A stretch of DNA of 33,115 nt, from assembly GCA_029977045.1 (NCBI GenBank), contig JAPOLP010000001.1:1-33115 (forward strand), in the 5' to 3' direction. This DNA comes from Planctomycetota bacterium. Lineage in GTDB: Bacteria > Planctomycetota > Planctomycetia > Planctomycetales > Planctomycetaceae. Shown here one piece after another: positions 9,101-16,680 of this stretch. The notes beneath the pieces were generated by a model. That model did not search any database. It was not told the DNA's origin and saw only the letters and a list, made by a program, of their open reading frames with translations. Within the stretch, counting starts at the first letter, position 1; each line of letters opens with the position of its first letter. A program made the position numbers and the translations under genes.

Positions 9101-12100
9101 GCGACAGTGACCATTATCGCCACCGTCGCGGACTCGGCCCTGGGCACAATTACGAACACAGCATCCGTCGTCGCCACCGAGATGGAGACCAACACCGCCA
9201 ATAACGTCGACACTGAGCCGACGACGGTCACGCCGGTCATCGACCTTTCCATCACCAAATCCGATGACGTCGATCCCGTCGATGCCGGCGGGACTCTGGT
9301 CTACACGCTGACAATCGCGAACGCGGGGCCATCGACAGCGACCGGCGTCACGGTCACCGACGTTCTACCGCCCGAAGTGACCTTCAGCTCGTCAACGGCG
9401 AGCCTGGGATCGAGCAGCGAGTCCGGCGGAACGATCACGACAGACATCGGCACCCTGGCCAGTGGAGCGTCGGCGACCGTCACGATCACCGTCTCCGTGG
9501 CTGGTACCGCGATCGGCACCTTCACAAACAACGCTACGGTAATCGGCAACGAAACGGACATCGCTCCGGCGAATAACTCGACGTCTGAGGACACAACGGT
9601 GCGCCCCGTCGTCGATGTTCGGATCGACAAAACGGACAGTGCCGACCCCGTCAACGCAGGCGGATCGTTCAGCTACACGCTGACAGTGGTCAACGATGGT
9701 CCGTCGACAGCGACGAACGTCGTCGTGACGGACAATCTTCCCGCCGGAGTCACGTTCGATTCCGGCACATCCAGCCAGGGAACAGTCAGCGAATCATCCG
9801 GAACGGTAACGGCAAACCTGGGCACGCTGGCCAGCGGAGCGTCAGCCACGATCACGCTGAACGTCGACGTCGACGACTCGACAACCGGCACGTTGACGAA
9901 CACGGCAACCGTGACTTCGACGGAGCACGACGAGGACCCGTCGAACAACCGCGACACCGAACCGACGACGGTGACGCCGGTCGTCGATCTGGTCGTGATC
10001 AAGTCCGACAGCGCCGACCCGGTCAACGCGGGCGGTTCCTACGCTTACACGCTGCTCGTGACGAACAACGGGCCATCAACCGCGACCGGAGTCGTCGTGA
10101 CTGACCTGCTGCCAGCCGAAGTCGCGTTTGACTCCGGCTCAACCAGCCAGGGAATCGTCAGCGAATCGGCGGGGACCGTGACCGCTTTAGTAGGCACACT
10201 CGCCAGCGGTGCGTCGGCGACGATCACGTTAAACGTGACAGCCGCCGATTCCGCACGGGGAACAATTACGAACACTGCGACCGTCGTCGGAAACGAAACC
10301 GAAACAAACACGGCGAACAACCAGGACACCGAACCGACGACGATCATTCCGGTCGTTGATCTGGCAATTGCCAAGGCCGACTCGGTGGACCCTGCCGAGG
10401 CCGGCGGCGCGCTGACTTACACACTGACTGTCACCAACAACGGACCGTCGACCGCGACCGGCGTCATGGTGACGGACCTGCTGCCGTCTGAAGTGTCATT
10501 TGTCTCGGCAGTCGCCAGTCAGGGTTCCGTGAGCGAATCCGGCGGGAACGTCTCCGCGGACCTCGGCACGCTTCTCAGCGGTGCGACCGCCACCGTCACG
10601 CTCAACGTGACGATTTCCGACTCTGCACTGGGCGTCATCACGAACACGGCATCCGTAACCGGAAACGAAACGGAAACGAATACATCGAACAACTCAGCAA
10701 CCGAGCCGACGACCGTGACGCCGGTTGTCGACGTCCAGGTCACGAAGGTTGACGATGTTGACCCGGTGAACGCGGGCGGAGTCGTGACCTACACGCTGCT
10801 CGTCAGAAATAACGGTCCGTCAACGGCGACCGGAGTGATTGTCACGGACACGCTTCCGGCAGGTGTCACATACCGTTCGAGCAGTTCCACTCAGGGCAGC
10901 GTGACGTCTTCCAACGGAGTCGTGACGGCCAACGTGGGCACGCTGGCCAACGGCGCACAGGCGACGATTCTGCTGGCGGTCGACATTGATGCCTCAACGA
11001 CAGGCACGATTACAAACACTGTCACAGTGACCACAAATGAGCCGGACCCGGATCCCGAAAACAATACCGACGACGAAGAAACGACGGTGAACCCGGTCGT
11101 CGACCTGGCCATCACCAAGACAGACAACGTTGATTCCGTCATGCCGGGCGACTCTTTCGTTTACACGCTGCTGGTGACGAACAACGGGCCGTCGACTGCG
11201 ACTGGCGTCGTCGTGACCGACCTGCTGCCTGCGGACATCTCCTTCGTGTCCGGCTCGACTTCGCAAGGTTCGGTGACAGAGTCAAACGGTGCGGTGACCG
11301 CTTCTCTCGGCGACCTGGCGAACGGCGAGTCCGTGACGCTGACACTGACAGTCTCGGTTGGAACCACGGCGAGCGGCACGCTCACCAACACCGCAACGGT
11401 GGCCGCGAGCGAGGACGAAACCGACACCTCGAACAACTCGGACTCGGAATCGACGCCGGTCATTCCGCCTGCGTTGTCGACTCTGGCGGGCGTCGTCTAC
11501 ATCGACAGCAACGGCAACGGCCAGTTCGACAGCGGTGACACTGGACTCTCGGGAGTTCCGGTTTCCCTGATCCCGATCGACGCGTCCGGCAGCGTGCAGG
11601 GAACGGCGATCACACAGGAGACTGACGCGAACGGCGCGTACCTCTTTGAAGACCTGCCTGCGGGCCGATACCGAGTCGTTGAAACTCAGCCTGCCGGTTT
11701 CAGCCAGGGCTCTGAAACGATCGGTACCGCTGGCGGCAGTAATCCGGTTTCCAACGTCATCGACACGATCAATCTGGGCGACGATGTCGACGCGACGAAC
11801 TACAACTTCGGCGAAGCGATGCCGTCCAAGCGACGTTTCCTGGCCTCGTCCGGCTCGACGCCCACAATGAATGGCGCGACGACGCAGGCTGCTTTGTCGG
11901 GACGCGTCTACTCAGATGCCAACAGCAACGCGATGTTTGACTCGGGAGAAAGCGCACTTGCGGGAGTCACTGTTTCACTCGTGCCGATCAATGACTCGGG
12001 CCAGGCGATTGGCTCGGCGTTAATCGCGGTGACCGATTCGTTCGGTGTTTATCGCTTTGCCGAAGTCCTGCCCGGCAGGTACCGCCTTGTCGAAACTCAA

Positions 12101-12241
12101 TCACAGACGCACGCTCAGGGAATCGATCTCGTGGGATCAGCCGGCGGAATTAACTCCGGTTTGTCGGACGACACGATCGACGCCATCGTTCTCGCTTCTG
12201 GGATCGTGGCGACGGGGTACGACTTCGCTGAGGGAAGCTAA
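6191..12241 (+). CDS. Giant surface protein (2,016 aa): SdrD-B-like x2, unassigned beta module, DUF11 repeat x10, SdrD-B-like x2
   Basis: ORF 6110..12241 starts at a TTG. The ATG at 6191 is preceded by GAGG (6181-6184) and is preferred. N-terminus MRLRTWLDGVLNRLSTWWQPARRRFRRNYLSATAPQYLEPRLLLT. SdrD-B/Cna-B-like modules: VVYDDLTDNG...YLFERLQAGRYFV, LVWDDINNNGVFDSG...YLFSNLFPGDYVL, VVYIDSNGNGQFDSGD...YLFEDLPAGRYRVVE and RVYSDANSNAMFDSGE...YRFAEVLPGRYRLVE. Ten DUF11 units follow the consensus DPV.AGG.L.YTL.VTNNGPSTATGV.VTD.LP..V.F.S....QG.VSESGG.VTA.LGTLASGASAT. Confidence 0.9.
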   Translation: MRLRTWLDGVLNRLSTWWQPARRRFRRNYLSATAPQYLEPRLLLTIDNLASISGVVYDDLTDNGLTGDDIRQQNVQVELFQDGGNGTFDSGTGDDTSLGTLMTDASGEYLFERLQAGRYFVQQSAIGGLIQRSGDDVATIDISGTDAEGVVGTIIDRFDDPDPPPDPPQGASASSAGSLIGSSSVSTMEVIGGERDLTIKLTSATGGVSLNVNAFNLELLEFNSSTTGGGRGTVVWDGTDSDPLTLDPTGLGGIDLTGGGASDGFRLTAGVDQNGVTVTVRVHTDATSYSEGTWTVTNTGGGSIDALYIPFADFVQGATATAQVDFANVGAIEMQINGVIAADGQFGEFSTLGPNITTANFANFQPLSLGNLVWDDINNNGVFDSGTESGIPDVTVELYADTDSNGAFTPGTDTLLTSTTTDGSGGYLFSNLFPGDYVLRIPQSEFEPGGDLEELSASSSGNDPAPDPDTDINNDDNGTLLAGQGAVTQAVTLLANSEPANDGDADTDSNLAVDFGFFQPIDLQITKADSADPVNASAAFFYTLTVTNNGPETATGVVATDVLPAGLTYVSSSVTQGTVSESGGTVTASIGTLALGASANVTINVTADASTSGTVINNASITGDQFDVDASNNTTNEPTTVTPVVDLSITKSDNPDPVDSGATLAYTIVVTNNGPSTATGVVMTDTLPAGVTFTSASTTNGTVGAAGNIVTANLGTLASGASATILVNVRVDDSTLGSILNTAVVTANETELNLANNTANEPTLVNPLVDVSVVKSDDIDPVSAGSQLTYTLVVSNSGPSTATGVTLTDILPAGVSFSSGSATQGSVSESMGTITATLGTLASGDSETITVVVDVADTTSGTILNTASVTTNEPDSNLANNTANEPTTVVPVIDLEVTKSDNPDPVNAGGTLTYTVLVTNNGPSPATNVMLTDALPGEVSFDSATPSQGTVSESGGTVTASLGSLASGASATVTIIATVADSALGTITNTASVVATEMETNTANNVDTEPTTVTPVIDLSITKSDDVDPVDAGGTLVYTLTIANAGPSTATGVTVTDVLPPEVTFSSSTASLGSSSESGGTITTDIGTLASGASATVTITVSVAGTAIGTFTNNATVIGNETDIAPANNSTSEDTTVRPVVDVRIDKTDSADPVNAGGSFSYTLTVVNDGPSTATNVVVTDNLPAGVTFDSGTSSQGTVSESSGTVTANLGTLASGASATITLNVDVDDSTTGTLTNTATVTSTEHDEDPSNNRDTEPTTVTPVVDLVVIKSDSADPVNAGGSYAYTLLVTNNGPSTATGVVVTDLLPAEVAFDSGSTSQGIVSESAGTVTALVGTLASGASATITLNVTAADSARGTITNTATVVGNETETNTANNQDTEPTTIIPVVDLAIAKADSVDPAEAGGALTYTLTVTNNGPSTATGVMVTDLLPSEVSFVSAVASQGSVSESGGNVSADLGTLLSGATATVTLNVTISDSALGVITNTASVTGNETETNTSNNSATEPTTVTPVVDVQVTKVDDVDPVNAGGVVTYTLLVRNNGPSTATGVIVTDTLPAGVTYRSSSSTQGSVTSSNGVVTANVGTLANGAQATILLAVDIDASTTGTITNTVTVTTNEPDPDPENNTDDEETTVNPVVDLAITKTDNVDSVMPGDSFVYTLLVTNNGPSTATGVVVTDLLPADISFVSGSTSQGSVTESNGAVTASLGDLANGESVTLTLTVSVGTTASGTLTNTATVAASEDETDTSNNSDSESTPVIPPALSTLAGVVYIDSNGNGQFDSGDTGLSGVPVSLIPIDASGSVQGTAITQETDANGAYLFEDLPAGRYRVVETQPAGFSQGSETIGTAGGSNPVSNVIDTINLGDDVDATNYNFGEAMPSKRRFLASSGSTPTMNGATTQAALSGRVYSDANSNAMFDSGESALAGVTVSLVPINDSGQAIGSALIAVTDSFGVYRFAEVLPGRYRLVETQSQTHAQGIDLVGSAGGINSGLSDDTIDAIVLASGIVATGYDFAEGS
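7751..11470 (+). repeat. Tandem coding repeat: 10 units of exactly 372 bp (124 codons, DUF11 domain)
   Basis: Each unit runs from (I/V)D(L/V)..(T/K)K.D to ..EPTTVTPV and contains 124 residues, with no indels between units. The period is also visible as minus-strand shadow ORFs spaced exactly 372 nt apart (8185, 8557, 8929, 9301, 9673, 10045). Confidence 0.95.
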
Positions 12242-15200
12242 TCAGCGTTCTTCAGGCCCAATCGAAGCAGTGTTCAGCAGAATGCGATTCGGGCCATTTA
12301 TTGCAGCGAAGATGTCGAGATCGCCATCACCGTCCAGGTCTGCAAGAGCCGCATGGAACGTTTTGGAGTCGTCCAGAAGACGCTGAGGATTGCTGAAGAC
12401 TCCCTTGCCGTCGTTTCGCCAGATCGCGCTGACACCTTTGTTGCAGGTGATGATGTCGGGATGCCCATCCTGATCGACGTCGCCCGGCACGATCGAAATC
12501 GATATTTCTGTGTCGAACAACTGGCCGCTGTCGGTGAAGTTTGCCTTTCCGTCGTTCAGCCAGACTCGATTGAAGCCCATGTTGGCGGCAACCGCGTCCA
12601 GGTCGCCGTCGCCATCGACATCGAACAATGCTCCGACCTCGCTGCAACTCCCGCCGAGTAGCTGGTCCGTGTTCTCGAAGTTGCCCTGGCCGTCGTTCAG
12701 GTAGACGCAGTTCGGCTCGAACTTGTCTTCGCCACCGTTGAAGACGAACAGGTCCTCGTCACCGTCGTTATCAAGATCGTCGGCGGCCACTCCGTAGCTG
12801 CTGAAGTCTCCGAGTGCCTGGCCGCTGTCGGTGAACATGCCTTTGCCGTCGTTCAAATACACGCGGTTCGCTTTGCCGTACCAGTAGTTGGCGACAACGG
12901 CGTCCAGATCGCCGTCGGCATCGAAATCACGCAGAACGATGTCCTTGGTGCCGGATGTTCCCAGCGACTGGCCGCTGTCCTGAAACACACCGCGGCCTTC
13001 GTTGATGTAGACCGCGTTTGGTTCGCCATTCACGTTTCCGATGAAAACATCGAGGTCACCGTCGCCGTCCAGATCGCCCAGTGCCGCACTATGACTTCGC
13101 GAGTTGCCGAGTCTCTGGCCGCTGTCGGTGAACACGCCTTTCCCGTCATTCCACCAGACAGTGTCAGGGGCCTTGTAGTTGGCGACGAAGGCGTCCTGAT
13201 CGCCATCGTCATCGAGATCCGCCATGAGGACTCGCGTGCTGAGACTGCCGCCGAGCAACTGCCCGGAGTCGGCGAACGTTCGCGGGGACGACGTCTCTGG
13301 CTGCTCCAGATTGACCCAACGCGCGGACGCGATCGTTCCGTGGTGGTCGTTGCCGGAGGCATCTTCAAGACGGTCACCCTGCCCCTCATCAAAGTGGTAC
13401 AGCGCCAGGGTCTGATCGTCAGATTCAAAGCTCACGTTAGGCTCGAAGTTGCCCGTGTAGCGAGCCGTCGACGAAAGCAGGAATTCATCCATCCAGCCAC
13501 GGAAGTGGAACTCCATCCTCTCTTCATGCGGATGCGCACCTAGCCACAGGCCTTTCGGCTCAGTCTCGTCCTTCATGGCAACTTGCCGATGACTCCACGC
13601 CTGAACGCCGTTGACAAAGAGACGTACATCATTCGAGCCGGACACGATCGCAATGTGAGCCCATTGGTCAGGAACGTACCTGAGCACTTCGGGTTTCAGA
13701 TTTGGCAGGGCATCCGCCCGTGACAGTCGCCAGTCCTTGTCGATCGCCGTGAACGTGTCGCCCTTGGCGGCGGCCGTCAGCTGCAGGACAGAGTCGCCCG
13801 ACAATTTTGCGATCACACCGACTGCTCGCATCTTTGCGGGACGCACCCAGGCTTCCATTGTCAGCGGTTCGTTGCCGGAGCGTGACAACGTCGGGATATC
13901 CACGTACGACCTGGAGCCGTCGAATTCCAGGGCTCCGCCCGTGTTTCGCACGTAATTCGGTCGGACGATCTGTGCGACCTGTGGCGGAGTCTTTGTCTGG
14001 CTGATCGTGACGAGAGTCTGTTCGTCTTTTGAGACGACAACCGTGTCGTCTTTCAGGCTCAGCTGATGGTCGCCGCCGCGCAGTTTCAGCTGATACTTCC
14101 CTGCTTCGACGCGAACCTGCCAGTCATTGTCAGGACCGAGCACCGCGACGACGTTCCCGTCCTGCTCCACCTCGACTTCAATGTTTGCGTCCTTCGCGGC
14201 CTCGACAATGACTTCACCGTACGGCGTTTGGATGCGGACGACCGAAAACGCGACTGCGGCGACCGCCAGCAGTGCCAGCCCGATTGCTGCAAAGCGGGTC
14301 CGACGAGTCCGGGATGTTCGCGGTCGAAGTTTCTCTGCAGAGCCAACCTCGTCTGAATCTGCTAAGGCCCGATCAAGTGCCTCAGCCAGTTCCGCTGCGG
14401 ACTGAAAACGATCGCCCCTGTCATGCGCCATTGCCTTCAGACAGACAGCCTCAAGCGAGGGCGAAACCGCGGCGATCTGCGACGGTGGGGCCGGACGTTC
14501 TCCCGAAGAGATCTGTCCCAGGACGGACAGGCCGGCGCCTTCAAATGGCCGGCGGTCGGTCAGCAACTGGTAGAGAATCACTCCCAGAGCATACACATCG
14601 GTTTGCGGTCCGATTTTGTCGTGAGCGGCTTCGACCTGTTCGGGGGCCATGTACGCGGGGCTGCCGATGATGACTCCGCTGTGCGTGAGTTCGGCTTCAG
14701 CGACCGCGTCGCGTGAGGCGAGGCCGAAGTCCATCACGACGGGCTCGCCCTTAGCGTTCAGAAGAATATTCGACGGCTTCAGGTCGCGGTGAATGATGCC
14801 TTCGTCGTGAGCGGCCTGAACCGCTCGCGCAGTCATCGCAACAACGCGCACAGCGTCCGCCTGTGACAGAGAAGCGCCGGTCAGACTCTGACCTTCGACA
14901 TAGGCCATCGTCAGGTAGTGCTGGCCGTCAATTTCACCGACGTCGTACACCGGGCACAGGTGCGGGTGATGCAGCGTGGCCATCGAACGGGCTTCGCGGC
15001 GGAACCGTTCAATCGCGATCTTGCGGATGTCGGGCCGGTCCTCGAAGCCGGGAAACTTGATCGCGATCTTTCGGTCGAGATCGGGATCGTAGGCGAGGTA
15101 CACGCTGCCCATGCCGCCTTGCCCCAGAAGTTGCCGCAGCTCGTAGCGGCCAAACCGGCATGGCAGTTCAACGCTGCTCTGCCCGGATGCTTCAGCCGGT

Positions 15201-15724
15201 CGGAATTTCGGCGTAACGATCGTCTCGTCCAGCGGCGAGTCGTCCGCCGGCGCCTCTGATTCAGCGTGAGGCAGCTCCAGCGATTCAGTATCGAAGTTCT
15301 CGATAGTGACCGTGGCTTCCGAACTCACCATGTCTGGCAGTCCGGCAAACACGTCCTCGACGATCGCCGTGTAAGTTAGAAAGCGGTTAAGAAACTCAGC
15401 AGCAGCAACCGGCTGGCCGGACCTTCTCTGAAAAGTCAGCAGCGTTTCCAGCAGCTCACGAAAGAGTGTCGGCTGCAGCGAGGCACCTGCCCGCTTCAGA
15501 CAGGTTTCGATGGACAGACGCTGTCCGGACGCCAGCGCACCCTCGAATTCAACGCAGAGTTCATCAATCTGCTCGATCTGATCCGTCGAGAGTTCGGCAT
15601 ACTCTTGATCGTTCATCTGAGTTCTGATTCGTCGCCTGTGGTCCTTTGTCTGCGTGTTCGGCGCAGAGCGGCTGTTTGACGCTGCCCCTTTAACACTTTC
15701 CGCGTCAAGAACCGGACAGCTCAT
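12242..15724 (-). CDS. Receptor Ser/Thr protein kinase with LamG-like and 7-blade FG-GAP/VCBS propeller ectodomain
   Basis: Hanks kinase motifs GQGGMGSVY, IAIK, HRDLKPSNIL, DFGLA and SPAYMAPE (about 14375-15145). Single TM helix FAAIGLALLAVAAVAFSVV (about 14237-14296). LamG/concanavalin-like body ALEFDGSRSYVDIP...WAHIAIV...FRGWMDEFLL (about 13445-13942). Seven DxDxDGxxD blades (about 12275-13282). The ATG at 15724 overlaps the sigma stop (ATGA); an alternative ATG at 15616 (MNDQEYAELS...) cannot be excluded. Stop TGA at 12244-12242. Confidence 0.9.
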   Translation of the reverse strand: MSCPVLDAESVKGAASNSRSAPNTQTKDHRRRIRTQMNDQEYAELSTDQIEQIDELCVEFEGALASGQRLSIETCLKRAGASLQPTLFRELLETLLTFQRRSGQPVAAAEFLNRFLTYTAIVEDVFAGLPDMVSSEATVTIENFDTESLELPHAESEAPADDSPLDETIVTPKFRPAEASGQSSVELPCRFGRYELRQLLGQGGMGSVYLAYDPDLDRKIAIKFPGFEDRPDIRKIAIERFRREARSMATLHHPHLCPVYDVGEIDGQHYLTMAYVEGQSLTGASLSQADAVRVVAMTARAVQAAHDEGIIHRDLKPSNILLNAKGEPVVMDFGLASRDAVAEAELTHSGVIIGSPAYMAPEQVEAAHDKIGPQTDVYALGVILYQLLTDRRPFEGAGLSVLGQISSGERPAPPSQIAAVSPSLEAVCLKAMAHDRGDRFQSAAELAEALDRALADSDEVGSAEKLRPRTSRTRRTRFAAIGLALLAVAAVAFSVVRIQTPYGEVIVEAAKDANIEVEVEQDGNVVAVLGPDNDWQVRVEAGKYQLKLRGGDHQLSLKDDTVVVSKDEQTLVTISQTKTPPQVAQIVRPNYVRNTGGALEFDGSRSYVDIPTLSRSGNEPLTMEAWVRPAKMRAVGVIAKLSGDSVLQLTAAAKGDTFTAIDKDWRLSRADALPNLKPEVLRYVPDQWAHIAIVSGSNDVRLFVNGVQAWSHRQVAMKDETEPKGLWLGAHPHEERMEFHFRGWMDEFLLSSTARYTGNFEPNVSFESDDQTLALYHFDEGQGDRLEDASGNDHHGTIASARWVNLEQPETSSPRTFADSGQLLGGSLSTRVLMADLDDDGDQDAFVANYKAPDTVWWNDGKGVFTDSGQRLGNSRSHSAALGDLDGDGDLDVFIGNVNGEPNAVYINEGRGVFQDSGQSLGTSGTKDIVLRDFDADGDLDAVVANYWYGKANRVYLNDGKGMFTDSGQALGDFSSYGVAADDLDNDGDEDLFVFNGGEDKFEPNCVYLNDGQGNFENTDQLLGGSCSEVGALFDVDGDGDLDAVAANMGFNRVWLNDGKANFTDSGQLFDTEISISIVPGDVDQDGHPDIITCNKGVSAIWRNDGKGVFSNPQRLLDDSKTFHAALADLDGDGDLDIFAAINGPNRILLNTASIGPEER

Positions 15725-16326
15725 GCCTGGTCTTCTTCGACGACCTGCCAGTTTCTGCGGATCAGCTCGACGCGGCGGCGGATCGTGCGGTCCGAGCAGC
15801 CGAGATGTTCAGCGATTTCGACGTCGGTGTAGCCCTCGATCTTGAGTCGGGCGATTTCCTGCAGCTCGGGGCCAAGCCCTTCGACGAGCTGTCCGCACAG
15901 ATCGACGAACTCGGCCGAGTACTCCAGAGTCGGCTCGCGAGCCGGCAGGCTGCCAATCACAGAGCGGTGGCTCGTCGTGATAAAAACGCTGTCAGTCGCG
16001 GTCCGACGAATGTCTCGCTGCTCGCGTTTTTCGTAGCGGTGCCGGTTGGAAATCTTGTTTGACGTGATCGTCAACAGCAGCCGCCACAGGCTGGTGCGGT
16101 CATTCAGATCGGGATACCGGCCCGCTGACACGCCGGCACACAAAGCGTGAAACGCACTTTGAGCGGCATCCTGCTCGTCGTAAGTCCGGGCAACTCGCCT
16201 GTTGAGCTTCTTCCTGGCGGCCTCATACAGCCGCTGTACGAAGTGCTCCCAGAGCTTTCGCGCAGACGACTCGTCGCCCTGCTGCAGGCCTTCAATCCAG
16301 ACCGAGACTGGTTCGTCGCTGTCCAT
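15721..16326 (-). CDS. ECF-type sigma-70 family RNA polymerase sigma factor (kinase-associated type)
   Basis: ORF 15721..16332 starts at a TTG; ATG at 16326 (MDSDEPVSVWIEGLQQGDESSARKLWEHF...). Sigma-2-like region DEQDAAQSAFHALCAGV...LWRLLLTITSNKISNRHR. Sigma-4 HTH LQEIARLKIEGYTDVEIAEHLGCSDRTIRRRVELIRRNW. No anti-sigma-like ORF is adjacent; the downstream gene is the kinase. Confidence 0.9.
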   Translation of the reverse strand: MDSDEPVSVWIEGLQQGDESSARKLWEHFVQRLYEAARKKLNRRVARTYDEQDAAQSAFHALCAGVSAGRYPDLNDRTSLWRLLLTITSNKISNRHRYEKREQRDIRRTATDSVFITTSHRSVIGSLPAREPTLEYSAEFVDLCGQLVEGLGPELQEIARLKIEGYTDVEIAEHLGCSDRTIRRRVELIRRNWQVVEEDQA

Positions 16327-16680
16327 AGGCAAATGCCGGCTCGAAATGGTGCGATGTCAGGCAAACGCGACAGCTTCATGGCTGCGCATGTCTCGCACGC
16401 TGATGGCGTGAGTCTGCCACATCATTGCGAAGCAATTTCGATGCGTCTGCGGTTCGTCTGTTCTGTGGACTGCCGCAGCGTTTTGCATCGCTGTTGCAGA
16501 GTGCCGCAGAAATCTGCGGAAATCCTGTCCGGGATCGGAGGCTGACGGTGTTTAGGGATTTGAGGCGGACTCGCTTGCGAGTCTCTGTTCAGGGATCGTT
16601 CAGATCTGTCAGTTCGCGCGGCAAGCGAGCGGCAGGCGTCACCGTCACCTGCATTTCCATTTTTTGATCCCGAGGAATCC
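16327..16680. promoter_or_regulatory. 354-bp divergent control region between the ECF sigma gene and the mega-adhesin
   Basis: TGCCGCAG occurs at 16471-16478 and 16502-16509. Palindrome CCGCAG-AAAT-CTGCGG at 16504-16519. Hairpin GACTCG-CTTG-CGAGTC at 16567-16582. A 9-bp inverted repeat CTCGCTTGC (16570-16578) / GCAAGCGAG (16621-16629). Phased GTTCAG, GTTCAG, GTCAG at 16587, 16598 and 16608. GAGGA sits 5-6 nt before the ATG at 16681. I could not call any promoter hexamers confidently. Confidence 0.4.

Noticed and set aside
7915-11463. A series of minus-strand ORFs of 74-117 aa, mostly spaced exactly 372 nt apart (8185, 8557, 8929, 9301, 9673, 10045...).
   Set aside because: They are antisense shadows of the DUF11 tandem repeat in the + strand giant gene. 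Their periodicity only reflects the repeat, and their sequences are low-complexity T/V/S-rich mirror translations.
7751-11470. A regular 372-bp periodicity that could superficially suggest a repeat-spacer array.
   Set aside because: The whole unit is coding and homologous from copy to copy. There are no short conserved repeats alternating with unique spacers, and no cas genes. It is not a CRISPR array.
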